Shown: positions 1 through 13,800 of the stretch, piece after piece
How the letters are laid out: each line of letters opens with the position of its first letter
Position numbering within the stretch: the first letter of the stretch is position 1
Source of the DNA: Geosiphon pyriformis uo1
Lineage: Eukaryota > Fungi > Glomeromycota
NCBI GenBank assembly: GCA_016748015.1
Contig: JAAOMT010000597.1
Coordinates: 434,001-498,000 of the forward strand
DNA: 64,000 bases
Direction: 5' to 3'
Notes under the pieces: model-generated
What the model was told of the DNA's origin: nothing
The model's input: only the letters and a program-made list of their open reading frames with translations
Databases searched by the model: none
Translations under genes and position numbers: made by a program

Positions 1-3000
1 CTACCTTAGATTTAACCACATCAGGCTTTATAATTAGTTCATTATCAACAACCAGATAGTCCAGCACCATTTTACAGAAAGAACACTCCAGTATACTCCT
101 AATAGTATAATCTTTATTTATCACAAAGCTTTCTATTCTCTTATTTATAGCAGACCTAATATTTGCTTTATTAGCCCTCAGAGATTCAGCAAGCTTGGAT
201 GCATAATAAAACTTTTTAACAATATAAGGAGCAGAATGAACATAATCAAAGCTTGCACCAAAGTCTATGAAATCCTGAATAATCAAAGATTTAATATCAT
301 TTAAAGAGCTCCATTGCTTTATAAGAGAGACAAAACTAACAATATTTTTCTCATAAAAAGCCTTAACAATTTTTGAAACCAAAAGCTTTAGCTTATGAAA
401 CCTCGAAGAATTCTTGGTGAAAACACCATCAAAATCTTTGAACCACTTTCTTTTAAATATTTTACTAGCCAAAAAAGTCATTATTTTGCAAATAATATCT
501 CACATTACATCCAGATCTGAGAATTTTATAGCAGCAGCAAACTCAACAGAGAACATTACAGTATTGGCTGATGTGGCTTCATTAAAATAGTTCCACTTAT
601 TCTCATCAGCACTCTTGAAATCAAACTTCCAATAATCTTTGTTTGCTTGTCTACAAATAGAGTTCAATTGCATATTCAAAAGTCTACTCAAACTTATGGA
701 TACAGAAACAACTTGGTAATCTGTATTAAAATGCTTACTGATTTCCAAAATATTGTGATGTATTATCACATTAACCAAATTTGAAGAAACAAATATGTAA
801 TCAATTATTTTTATAATGCTTCTTGAATTTTCCCAAGTAGGTTTTTTTACAGCCAAGCTACCTACCAAAAAATTAACCAGCCCCAAATCAAGGCATTTTT
901 GAAAACTTGCACACTTATAAAAACCATCCTTATTGAAATCACCACCAAGGATGATAAAAAAAGACTTGTTAATAGTCTTTGCAATAAGAGAGTTTATATC
1001 ACTAGCCTAAAAAAACTGAACCACTGAGGAAGCACCAGCATAAAGCCCCAAAATTGACACAGAAAGTTTATTTTTGAAAAGTAATTTAATAGACAGAAAC
1101 CAATCAGACATCTCAAAAACTTTGTACACATGTCTTGCCAAAGAAGAGTTCATAATAATCACAACACTAGCACCCAGATATTCAGATTCCAAACCAAAAA
1201 TAAACACCTAAACACCATCAAATTTGTTGACAATTCAAGGGCAAATCTTTCTTTTCAGTTTCAATTCTGTAAAAATAAAGACCAAATTGTCTATGTCTTT
1301 GTGCCAACAAATAATATTATTCTGTTTTACAGAATTGTTTATATCTCTGATAATGCACATAGCAATTTTCCAGATAGGACTGCTTATTGAGAAAAGAGTT
1401 GAAAAGACACATTACTAGCCAGAACTAAACTATTAAATCAAGCAGACAAGCTCAAAATAGAAGCAAAGAGGCTTTTTAACAAATTTTTCAGTTTAACCAC
1501 ATAAGAAAAGACAAGAGGATTCAAAACAGCAGCAGTTTCACTACTAGTAGTCTTATTTAAACCCATTTCCATTATTATATTACCCTCCAGATTCTATAAC
1601 AGGGGGGTTATTAGCAGCTGACATCTAGGACTAGGCTGGAAAACTGCTGACATGAGTGATTTAAATCTCTTAGCCAACTCACCAATCTGTCCCACAAAGC
1701 TAGTAAGACTGCTTTCAATGTTGACCAACTGTAATTTTAATTTATTCATAACAAAAGGAAGAGATTCACTATTATTAACAGAACTAAAATGAGGTTTATC
1801 ATCACAAAACACATTTGTTAAATGAATTCTAACTATCAAAGCCCAAGTTTTGCCACTAAAAAACAGAAGATAGAAGATAGACACAGATTTTTTTTCATAT
1901 ATCTTAGCCAGCCTAAACTGAAAGAAAAGCTTTTTTGCTCCTGGAAGCTAACAAACTATTCAATGTCTTACAAAAGAGAGATGTATAACCTGAAGCCTTA
2001 CAAACTGAACACAGAGCAAGCAACAAGTGAGACCAGCAAATACCAATTTTTTTTATAATTGAAGTCATATCTAAAGCCCTATTTAGATCCGACTTAGAAC
2101 CAAAATACACAGTAGCACAGCAAGCATGAGCATAGATAACTGAATTATGCTTAATAACACAAGTTTTCCCACTGACTAAACCAATAAATTTTTAGATATT
2201 ATGAGCAGTTGTACTTATAAAAAGAATATACAACAAAGCTCTAAACTCATTTTTGAAATCCCATATGTGTTTATTAATATTAGCCCTAACCACTTGCACT
2301 GTATCTTTCCCAATAAGAATGGACCACTCAGCAGCCAAAAAATCAGCCTGATCCTGATTATTCAACTCGATAATCACCTTCTGCCATAGACCAATCAGCT
2401 GTATCTTGATTGACTTAATGATTCCAAACTCAGCTACAGTGATGTATATAGCCTTAATAAATGTTTCCACTGGAATCTCCTTCAGCACAATTGTCTGATT
2501 CATACAATTGTTGACAGGATGCTTAAAATTGGTGTTTACCACAATACCATAATCATTAACCAATTTTACCATAGCCATTATTGTCTTTTCAAAAGTGAAA
2601 GAGACCCAAATAATTCCACCAAATTTTAAAAAGACAGAGGCTCTTCCAAAACCATTCATACCAAAGAAAGTTTTTCTGACATAAGACAACTTTTTCTGAA
2701 AGAATTTATCAGCTACTATTATGAAATTAATATTCAAAGCAAAAGACTTCTTAACTGAAACTTGCATCACAGATTTGAGAGAGAGAGGAAGAAAGCAAGA
2801 ATAACCCATCCAAAACATTATCATCATTATTACTCTTCATGCTAAAATTAATAATACCTAGAGACTTTCCAAGAGTGCATTTTATAACAACCATTTTGGA
2901 ACTTTTGGGTGTTATTTCAATATTATCACTATCAAACTCTCCCCTATTTTCTTGCTGAAAGCTGGTTTTCTTCACCAAGTACTTTTTCTCTATATTAATA

Positions 3001-3330
3001 CTCTCTAACTCAGTAGTATTTTTACTTATACATTTAGTTAAATCACTAGAAGCACCACTAGCAAAAACACCAACCATCTTGACAGTTTTTTTTAATAAGA
3101 CACTCTTGTGTTTTTTTTTAAAAGAAGAGTCAATTACAGCAGGACCAAAAAATGACTTCTTTTTGGATTCCTTCATAACAGAAATGTCACCACTAACAAC
3201 AGCCTCATATTTGAACAGAAAAAGTTGTGAAGTGTCTAACTGAATAGTGAAAAAAAACAAAGACAGGAAAAACTTCTTTTAAAAAAATGTACTTTTTCAG
3301 AAATTTAGGATGTAGGAAAGAAAGAAGTTT
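1..3330 (-). mobile_element. LINE-A: 5' part of a decayed non-LTR retrotransposon (5' UTR, ORF1, APE endonuclease); 3' part lies outside the window
   Basis: Minus-strand ORF fragments with endonuclease motifs (KLLFKNKLSVSILGLYAGAS, GGDFN, IDYIFVS) and an ORF1 with a decayed CCHC-like knuckle (CSVCKASGYTSLFC). Colinear with LINE-B. The pyrimidine-rich 5' end near 3330 resembles the LINE-B end near 36800. Confidence 0.9.
1384..3176 (-). pseudogene. LINE-A ORF1 (gag-like nucleic-acid-binding protein), disrupted
   Basis: Fragments 2751-3260, 2192-2827, 1913-2110 and 1594-1884 are homologous to LINE-B ORF1 pieces (KSFALNIN, IKSIKIQLIGLWQK). ATG AAG GAA at 3176. Ends TCT CAA TAA, like LINE-B ORF1. 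Confidence 0.8.
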
Positions 3331-3334
3331 TTAT

Positions 3335-6040
3335 TTTTGCTTTGTTTAATTAGTATATTAAATTATTTAATCTTAAAAATTAAGCTAATTAAATAAAAAT
3401 TAAATTAAATAATTTCTTTTTTATTTTTGATTATAATTTTTAATAATTTTATTAATTTAATAATAAAATATGTGATTTTGAGTAAAGTAATATTTTGATA
3501 AGTTTTAAAACTTAATTAATTTTTTTACTAATATGTTTTTATCTAATTATAGTATTATTAAATATTAATTAAAATTTTTGTAAAAATAATTGTTTAATAA
3601 TTTCCACATGTATTTTATTCTTAATAAACAATTAGGATTAGTATTTTTGGTGCTTTTTTTATATTTAATAATATAATTATATAATATTAATATTTGTAAT
3701 TATTTGGTATATTTTTTTGTTAATCTTTTTTTGCTTTTTAATCAAACCAAACTTTTATAATTTGTGATAATATTAAAAAGTTAATACTGTAAATATATAT
3801 CAAAATAAACACAATTTTAAACTAATATTAAGTATTTCAACTTATATGTTATATAGTTTTGTTTTATTATATTAAAATTTTTATTAATATAAACAATTAT
3901 ATATTTTTTCTATTATTATTATTTTAAGAAAAATAGCACCAAATTTAATTTTTAAAATATTTATAGCCAAAATAAATTTCTTGTTAAAATTTGAATAAAT
4001 TATAATTGATAATTTAATAAGCTTTTATTTAAAATATTTAAAAATTTTTGTAGTGTTTTAATTTATTTAAATTTTATATTTTTAAATAATAAATAAATAA
4101 GAAATTTGGTAATATTTAAATTTTTTTTTACAAAATAGCAATAGTAAAATGCAAATTTTATAAGTTTTTAACTTTTAATATATTTTAGAATGCTAAAAAG
4201 TTTTTTACTTTTTTTATTTTTAATAAATCTGGTTTTATTTTATTTTTTTTAATTATATGTCTTAAAATGCTAATTTATTTTTTTAAAAAAACATTTTTCT
4301 AAGTTTAATTTAAGTTTAATATGTTTTAATCTTTCAAAAACTTATTATAAATATTAGAAATAATTCATAAATGTTAATAAAAAAATATTGGTATTATTTA
4401 AATAGAAAACAAAAAAATTGTTATAAAATTTCAAAATAAATTATGTTTATTAATCATTGAAATATTATAAAATTATTAAATTTTTAATTGCTATGTTGTA
4501 TGATAAATACTGTTTTGTGTTTGTTTTTTAAAATTTATTTTTATCTGTTTAAAAATATTAAAAATTTTGTTAATTAATAATATTAGGTATAAATTTTTGG
4601 TTGTTTTGTTGTTTAATTTTTGATAATTAACACAAAATTTTAATTTTTAATTTTTTTTTTATTAAAACAACCAGTAAAAATTAAAAACTTATTAAAAATT
4701 AAATTATTCTATTTTTTAATAAAATTATGTTTTATTAGCAGAATACAATAAATATATTGTTTTTTAAATTTAATGTTTTCAATAAAAATTTAGTGTTAAA
4801 CCAAATTAGTTTTTTAAATTTATTATTATATAAAAATATATCAAAATATTTTAAAATTAATGTTTTTAATTGTTATTATTAATTAAAATTTATTGTTTTA
4901 ATATTTAATTTGGTTATTTTTCTGATATAAATTGATAGTATTTTAATAATAGCTGTCAATTTATTAAAGTAAGTTTACTGTAAAGTATAATTTTTAAAAA
5001 ATTTAAAATTTCTTGTAATATTATTGTATTTTTTAATTTTATTTAAGTATTTAATAATAGTATTTTTTAAAATATAATAAGTTTTTTCTGTAATATTTGT
5101 AATAGAAATTTTTAATTATTGAATTTGTTATTTGTATTAATTTTTTATAATTTTCAATTGATATAAATTTCACAATTTTTATTAATGATAAAAAAAATTG
5201 CATGTGTAATTTTTTTCTTTAATTTAATAATATATAATTTTTTTGAATTGTTTTACAATAAAACTATTAAGTTTTCTGTATATTTAAAGTTGATTATTTA
5301 TTTTTAAATACTTGTTTTTTTTTGTAAAACTTAATTATAATACCATTTAAATTATTGCTCTTAATAGAATTTTAACTACTATTTTTAAGTTGATTTTTGT
5401 AATAATTTTAAATAGCAATATTGTAAATTGGTCTTTTAAATAATATAAATTAAATCTAATATTAATTAAATAGATTCTTTTAAATATTAATTTTTTGTTT
5501 TAAGCCAATATAGATTACAAAATATTTTGACTTGAATTTATTAAATGAGTTTTGTTAATTTATTGCTTGATTTTAATATTGTTAATTTTCAAATTTCATT
5601 TTTTTTTAAGTTTTTTTTATATTAATACTCTTTATAATATTAACTTTAGTACAAAATATGACAGTTTTTACAAAATTAAGTATTAATTTAAATAAAATAT
5701 AATAGTTAGTAGTTTTTTTGAAATTTTTTAACAAATTAAATATATTATAATTAACAATTTTATTATCTATTTTAGCTAATATTTTTCAATATTATATTTT
5801 TTTTAATAGTTTTTTTTATTTTGGCCTATGCTATATTGTATAACTTATTCTTATTATATATATAATATTTTAATTTTTTTAATATTCTGTTAAATACTGT
5901 TTTAAATAATATTTTTTTTTATTTAGTTACAAATAAAAATTATGTATTAATAAGTTATATTATATATATTTTTTCTGTTTAATATATTAATTTAGTTGTA
6001 TTTTTTTAGTAATAATTTTTTACAAGTAAAACATAGTAAC
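3335..6040 (-). mobile_element. Gypsy-3: extremely decayed Ty3/Gypsy pol fragment (Cys-rich domain, dUTPase, RT, RNase H)
   Basis: Allowing C>T/G>A reversion, the minus strand reads LRFCVDYRKLN (~4620-4650), PDFNKEFILATDAS..GFGAIL (~3930-3990), dUTPase DAGFDL..KIDLKIAVEIP..GYTGNL (~5250-5480) and TPF..AFNRAL..YPHDEDE (~5820-5950). Confidence 0.75.
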
Positions 6041-6044
6041 TTAA

Positions 6045-7755
6045 TAACAAAAAAACAATAACTCTTGATTATGACTATTAACAGAATATTAATTTCTATT
6101 TTTATTTGTTTTTTAATTTACTAATTGATTAAAAAAAGTATTAAAATTATAATATCAAGAATTGTTTGATAAAAAATACCAAAAAAAACATAAATATAGT
6201 TATAAAAACTAAAATTATTTATTAAAAAAATGTAAATACCAAAATAAAATAGTTATTATATCAAAAAAAATAAGCATTACATATTATTAACTATTACAAA
6301 AAATTTTTGTTTATTATACAAAAAACTCTATTACCAAAATTTTCAGATTATAGTAGTAATTAATTTAAATATTAAATTATGAAAATTTTATTAAACTCAA
6401 AAATTTATTTGTAATAATATATTTAAAATTGCTTCAAATTTATAATTATTCTACTAAAATAAAAAATACAATTCAGAGTAAAAATAATAATTTATAGTTT
6501 AAATATTATTAAAAAAAACATATTATTTAATTAAATAATAATATTTAAATTTAAGTTTTTAAAATAAATTAAAGTATTATTAATCATATTAAATAAACCA
6601 AAATTTTTTAAAAATTTATTAATAAAAACAATATCAATTTTTTTAAAAATTGAAATATTCTAGAATAAGTAATATTACTTAAAATATTAAATTTAAACCT
6701 GTTTTTAATTAAGCAAAAAATTTTAAGCATATTTTTTATTAAAAACAGATCATATTTCAAAAATATTTTAATAATTTCAACTAAAAAATTGTTTAAAAAT
6801 TAATATATAATTTAACAAAATAATACAAAAAAATTTTAGATATTAATTTAAAACTTATAAATTTAAAAAGTATTAATTAAATAAACAGTTTAAAATATTA
6901 TAAAAATATAAAAAAAAATAATATATTGTTTTAATTAAGAAATTTTTGAGTAAGCCAATTTTAAATCTTAATTTTTTTAATAAACACATTTTACTTGTTA
7001 CAAATACTTTTAAAAACAAAATTAAATTATATATAATAACTTAAAATAAAATACAGAACTGTTAAAATCAAATAAAAAAACTGTTTATTTAAGATAACTT
7101 TTTTCAAAATTATATTAACAAATTACTAATATAAAAAAAAACATTTTTTATTTTTTAATTAATAAAAATAATTTTAGTTTTATTATTGTTAATAATAAAA
7201 AACTTATTAATAATGTTAAAAATACATTAAATAATAGCTTAATTGTTTTTAATTTAAATAATATCATTAATAAAAGTTTTAATAGCAAAATAAAATAATA
7301 AATCAATTATTGTTTTAATTTTATTAGTTTTAATAATATACTTAAAGTCAATTTTATATTTATATAAATACTTATATTTTTTAATTTTACATAAGAAAAA
7401 ATCATAAAAAAATTTCTAAAAACAATAAAAAAAATTTATTTTAATTTAAATTATTATTTATTATATAATTATTTTTTAAACCAAAATTTGTGAATATTTT
7501 CAAAAAATTAGATAAATTTATTATATATCTTAATTTTAATAATATTTTTTATAAATAATACTAGTTAACAAAATTATAAACTTTTTTTATATTTTATAAA
7601 ATTAATTAAAACTTTTGTTCTTTTTTTAATACTAATTTTACTGCAAACATTAAAAATTAATTTTTATAAAGAAAATTAAATTTACAATAAGTTGTTAAAA
7701 TATAATCAAACAAAACTTTTAAAATTTTTTTTCTTAAATTTTAATTAAAGCCAAT
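6045..7755 (-). mobile_element. LINE-C: extremely decayed LINE ORF2 fragment (RT to RNase H)
   Basis: Decayed motifs IALIE..RKI (~7750), LVLQDMRKAYDSVGW (~7560-7610) and GAFVDDT (gctattaaaacttttattaatgatat on minus, ~7260-7286), colinear with LINE-B ORF2. Confidence 0.7.
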
Positions 7756-7917
7756 ATTAAGAATTTAACAAATTTTGTTAAACTATTAAATATGATTTGT
7801 TGACTTAAAAAAATAAACAATTTAATATTAATAATTTTACAAACATAAATTGAAAAATAAATTTAAGTTGTGGATCATAAATAAATTTAATAGAATTAAA
7901 GTTTTTATATTAAATAT

Positions 7918-9018
7918 AAAAATTAGCAAAAAATTTTTTATTTTTTTAAATTTTATAATTACAACCAAAGCAAAAAAGTAAAAAAACTACAACTGTTACT
8001 TTTTTTTTAGTATTTTACAAAGTTTTAACCAGAAAAGTTTTTTTTATTGTAAAAACAGCTAAACAAAATATTTTAAAAGTTTTCTTTTTAGCTGATAATA
8101 GTAAAAAGCTATCTTTGATAATTATTAAAACATCTTTTTCATCTTTGGCTGGTTTTTTACCAGTCAAAATTTTTTTAAAAAAACATACTTAGATTAATTT
8201 TAGTGTTGCTTCTACTTTTTCTAAAAACCTAAAAAGTTTCTATAATAAATCAGTTAACAAGCTAGTTTTTCTTAACTATAGTTTTTATACTTGGTGTGTT
8301 TAATACTACTTCTTTAAAAATAATGGTCAAAAAAACCAAAGTTTCAAAAAAGTAAAAGCAGCTGCTTGTTTTTGCTATTATTACACTAAACTTTTTTGTG
8401 GTTCTTAATAAAATCTCAGATAAAATCTTTGTTATATTATTTAATTTATCATTTAAGATAGACCAAAATTAATTACTAACTATATTGTTAAATATAGTAT
8501 TTTTTAGCAAATCATTACTGGTTTTAGAAGCAAAACAACAGTTTTCTGTTAGATCATCTGTTTTTGGAAACTAAATTGATAAAATAAAAACTGAATCATT
8601 ATTTTTGCTGGTTTCTGATACTATTGTTGGTAGTGCTTAGAAAATTATTTCTAATCATCAAAAATTTTACTAGATAGATGGCTTTTATTTTGGTGTTTGA
8701 TGTTACTTTTAAAATTAAATTGACTTATATTAAGATTGTTTTTTAGTCTGTACATTGTTTTTTGAATATAAAATCAGTATTAAAGAACAATGTAAAGTTT
8801 TTTTGCATAGAATTTGCTTTTTAAAAGTCTTTAGAAACTGTATTTTTGGTTAAGTTTACAAGTTTTGTTTATTTGGCCACTCTTAAAATTGCCAAATTTT
8901 TAGTAGTTTCTGAATCTGGTTTTTTTTCTGCTGCTATTGTACTATATAATATGCCTTTTGGTATATTTGTTGCTAATATTAAAACAGTATTTAGTGTGTT
9001 TGGTAAAATTGTTTATGT
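7918..9018 (+). mobile_element. ORF1-only non-autonomous LINE derivative, copy A, 5' half
   Basis: Colinear with the reverse complement of 40160-41177. The decayed start ATA ATT ACA ACC AAA at 7955 matches MITPK at 41152. Interrupted by Gypsy-1 at ATGT. Confidence 0.8.
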
Positions 9019-9975
9019 TATTACTAAAGGTTTTTGGTCTTTTTTCTTAAATGTTGTTAATGTTTGTTGTTTGTGAATTCACATTTTCTAGAAGTAGTTG
9101 GATCTTCAATAACTGAATTTATCTTTAAATTATTTTTTATAATTTAAACTGCTAGACTTATAAGTAAAATGGCCAATTCTATACCAGTTACTTTATGTAA
9201 TTATATTGTAGTAAATGTTAACTCTTTTTCAGAAATTGCTTGTCTAGAAGCTCATTAAAATGTGTAATTACTTTGCTGTAAAAGTTAACTCTTTTACAGA
9301 AATTTTGTTTATAGACTACTTTAATATTATAATAAGAAAAGTAAAAAAAAATAAAAGAAATATAAAAGAAATAAAATTTTATCAATAGAATCGTTTTCTA
9401 TTCAGATCTGGAATCACTAACAAATTATTGAAATTGGTAGCTAATCAATTTTAAAACATTAGTTGAATTTTGGGAATTTCAAGTGTAATAATTAAAAATT
9501 TAGATTTTTTGAATATTTAATTTTTATTTTATTTGTAAAGATATATAAAGAATAATGAATTCTAATTAAGATGTCTAATGGAAAGTAAAATATATTTTCT
9601 GAAAAAAGAAGCTCTTTTTTAATACAACTTGTTGTAGTACTAGTTTTTGAATTTGCACTTTTTTCTTTGCTATAATTTCAGTAAACTAAAGATATATTTT
9701 GGCAAACTACGAGTTATTTCTATAAACTATTAATTATTTTGGCCAATTTCTATTAATTTCAGCAAATTTTGACTATATTAAATGATTCAGAGTATTGTGT
9801 AATTTGATTATCTTAATTTTTATAGTACAAATCGGGTTATTAATTAAATAGTAATATTTAATAATTTGATTAACTAATAAGTAATAATTGAAATAATAAT
9901 AATATATGCTAATTAATGCTAGAAATTAAAAGAGTAATTTCATGCTAATTAATAGCTAAAATTCTATTGGTAACA
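9019..9975 (-). repeat. Gypsy-1 3' LTR (~957 bp)
   Basis: Direct repeat of 18599-18907 plus 36801-37458. Ends GGTAACA, next to a polypurine tract (AAGGAGAAAATTA on minus, 9976-9988). Confidence 0.92.
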
Positions 9976-9989
9976 TAATTTTCTCCTTA

Positions 9990-10663
9990 AGACTGAGCTC
10001 TGACAAAGTCCAAACACTATCTGTAATACTAAAATAGTGGTCCAAAATAATCATGATGATTTAGTCTGAAAATTGTTGAAATTTCAGTTCTGTGAGTTTG
10101 TCAATGTATTAAATTTTTATTGGTTGCAGTATTGAATTTTGTAGGACATTTTCACAAGTGTTGAACAAGTTATAGAGTCTAAAAACTATTTTAAGTTTGT
10201 AGTGAGTGTTTGTTGGTTCAGCTGCTGTTTTAAATTCATTGTGACTTTGTTTTTGTATAACTTTAGGGGTAAAATTTGTTGCTTTAAGTTCTAGTTTTTA
10301 TTTATAAAGTGTTTTTTTAATATGAAAATATCTATAGATAAAAGTATGTTCAATGTTTCATTTATTGAAAAGTAATAAAAGTTTTTGTTAGAATGTGGCA
10401 TTTAGTAAGATGTCAATAGAGACAATTAAAAAATTTTCTTTTAAAGCTTGTTTTAAAAGTTCTGGTAGTTAATTTTCAGAATAATTTCTTGTGTTTTTTC
10501 TATAAAAGTGATAATTCTAAGAATTATTTACTACTAGTATCATAGTTTTTTTTTGAATATGATTAATTTAATTTTTATTAATTGTTATGGATAAGTCAAA
10601 AAGTGTTTTTAAAGCTAATATTAATTTTTGAGATAATTGTTTAATGTTTCAAAGAATAATCAT
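9990..10663 (-). pseudogene. Gypsy-1 extra ORF downstream of integrase (ORF3, unknown function), disrupted
   Basis: ATG at 10663, reading MIIL*NIKQLSQKLILAL..DLSITIN..FIYRYFHI..FRLYNLF. Alignable by eye with the ORF at 26649-27254. Confidence 0.55.
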
Positions 10664-10846
10664 AATAAACAATAATTAACTAAGAATAAAATTTAAGAAA
10701 AAAAATAAAAAAATAATTTTTAGGTATAAAGTTTTTATGTGTTTTTGGGTTTGAATATTTTTTGTAATTATTTACTATTTTTGTTTTATGTTTGTATTAT
10801 CAAAAAAATTATTATAAGTAATATTAAATTAAGTGTTCAAGTTTGG

Positions 10847-13800
10847 TTATTGTTTTACTACAACTATTGGTTCTAAATTTCAGGAAATATCTTCAGGATT
10901 AATTAAAAAGGAATGTGTACCAATTTGTGAAATTAGTGGTTCAAGATTGTTTCTGAAATAATAATGTTTCAATTAATCTTCATATGCAACTTTTGCTAAG
11001 ATTTTGTTATTAAGTCTTAACATATATAATCTATTGCCTAGAATTTTATGAATATAGAATAGTCCATCTTATTTATATTCAAATTTTCTATTCTATTGTT
11101 TTTTAGCCTTAGTTTTGTGCAAAAAAACTTTGTTTCAATTTTAAATTTATTAATAACTGTTGGCAATTTGTTGTCATGCCATTTTTTTTGTTAAGTTTAA
11201 GAATGTTTAATATGAATTGTTGCTATTTATTATTTTTCTTCCAAAGTACTAAGCAGAATATAAGCTCTTTATTAAAGTATCTCTTAGAAGTTTTTTTCAG
11301 TAATTGGTTGTACTGAGTATGTTTTTACTGTAAAATTAATTGGTAATATTGCTATTTTTCTATAAGTTAAATCAAATAGTATGTGTTTTATTGTATCTTG
11401 TTTTAGTGTTTTGTATGTCAATAATATTAATGGGATAAAGATATTTTATTTCTGCTTAAAATTGGTTGAGACTTTGGCTAATAATTCACACAATATTTTA
11501 TTAAAACATTTTACTAATCTATTTGTTTGTAGATGATCTGGTAAAGATAAGAGTTGTTTAATATTGAATCATTTACAAATTTCTTGTATTAAGTTGTTTA
11601 CAAAGTGTGTTTCTTAATCAGATAAAAGTTTAATTGGGCATTTATGTCTACAAATGATGTTTTTATAAATAAAATTTGCTACTGATTTGGCATCTGCTTT
11701 TTGAATGGCTCTGGCTTCAGACTATTTGGTAAAGTAATTTACTATAACTACAATATAACAATTTCTTTGGTTTGTAATAAATAGTGGTTTGACTAAATTA
11801 ATACCAATTCTGTTAAAAGATTGTCCAACTTTAATTGAATTTAGAGATTTAGTAAGTTAAATTCTTCTTTTTTTTGACAACTATTATATGATTCTACATA
11901 CTATCAAATGTTTTTTTGTATTTAGGGCCAAAAATAATGTTTAAATATTCTTTGAATTGTTTCATTTCTTCCCAAATGTGCTGAAAAAAGATCTGTGTAC
12001 ATGTTGTATAAAATTGTTTTTTTTATTCTTTTGTACTAATCTAAGTGGTTTGTTTGAATTTCTGCAATTTTTATAATAGATTTTGTTATAGTGAATAAAG
12101 TATTGTTTTGCTTGATATTGTAATTGGTGTTTTTCACTTAGAGACCAGTTTTCTAACATGGTAAGAGTTTCCAAATAGTTTTTAATGTTATTGTAATTTC
12201 TGGAATCTATTGTTGTTTGATTATTATTTGTTAATAGATTAGTAAGTTGTAATAGGATTGCTGTTAGTGTTAATCCTGTTTTATTCTTGAAAGACTATTA
12301 ATATTGGTGTGTAGTTTTTTTGATTTGTGATGTACAATATATGTGCATGTTGTATAAAATTGTTTTTTTATTCTTTTGTACTAATCTAAGTGGTTTGTTT
12401 GAATTTCTGCAATTTTTATAATAGATTTTGTTATAATGAATAAAGTATTGTTTTGCTTGGTATTGTAATTGGTATTTTTTACTTAGAGACCAGTTTTCTG
12501 GCATGATAAGAGTCTCCAAATAGTTTTTAATATTGTTGTAATTTCTGGAATCTATTGTTATTTGATTATTATTTGTTAATAGATTGGTAAGTTGTGATAG
12601 GATTGCTGTTAGTGTTAATTCTGTTTTATTCTTGAAAGACTATTAACATTGGTGTGTAGTTTTTTTGGTTTGTGATGTACAATATATGTGTATGTTGTAT
12701 AAAATTGTTTTTTTTTATTCTTTTGTACTAATCTAAGTGGTTTGTTTGAATTTTTGCAATTTTTATAATAGATTTTGTTATAGTAAATAAAGTATTGTTT
12801 TGTTTGGTATTGTAATTGGTGTTTTTCACTTAGAGACCAGTTTTCTGGCATAGTAAAAGTTTCCAAATAGTTTTTAATGTTGTTGTAATTTCTGAGATCT
12901 ATTGTTGTTTGATTATTATTTGTTAATAGATTAGTAAGTTATAATAGGATTGCTGTTAGTATTAATCCTGTTTTATTCTTGAAAAACTATTAACATTGGT
13001 GTGTAGTTTTTTTGGTTTGTGATGTACAATATATTTGTAGTCTGCTAGGAAATTATTCTATCAAAATTGTTTGGCACTTTGTTCAGATTTTTTTTTATTG
13101 AGCCATTTAAGACCAATATTATCAATTATTATGTCAAATTCTTTCTCATTCTTCAGATACTATTGACAATATTTAAGAATTCAAATGACTGCAATGGCTT
13201 CTAATTTTGTTGAAACATATTTGAGTTCTGTTGGTTTGAATGTTCTATTGACATAAACAATTACTTGTTTATTGCCATTGTTATTTAATTGTGATAATAT
13301 GACACCAAAAGCTATGTATGAAGCATTAGTGGCTAATTGGAATTGTTTATTAAAGTCTGGATAAGTGAGAATTAATATTGTTATAAGTTTTTTTTTGAAA
13401 GTATTGAATACAGTTTATTGTGCTAAAGTCTATTGGTATTTAATATTTTTATTAATAAAATGATTGAGAAATTTTACAATTTCCAAAAATTCTTTGATAA
13501 ATTTTCAGTAGTAGGAAGCTAAACCAACAAATTTTTTTAGTTTTGTGGTATTTTGGAAAATTTTAAAGTTTTTTACAGCACTGATTGTTCTTGAATTAGG
13601 TGACACTCCATCTTTACTAACAATATAATTAAGAAAAATCAAACTTGTTTTTTCAAAGTAATATTTTTCAATGTTCAATTTGAATCCTGCTTTTTGTAAT
13701 CATTAAAAAACTTTTCACAGGTAAATCAAATAAGCTTCAAAGCTTGGAGAGTATACATTAGTGTTATTAAGATAGACAATTATTGATTACCATAAGAGTT

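Noticed and set aside
6045-7917. Possible twin-priming 5' inversion of LINE-D
   Set aside because: The inverted part is RT-RNase H, which LINE-D also has downstream. It is a separate element.
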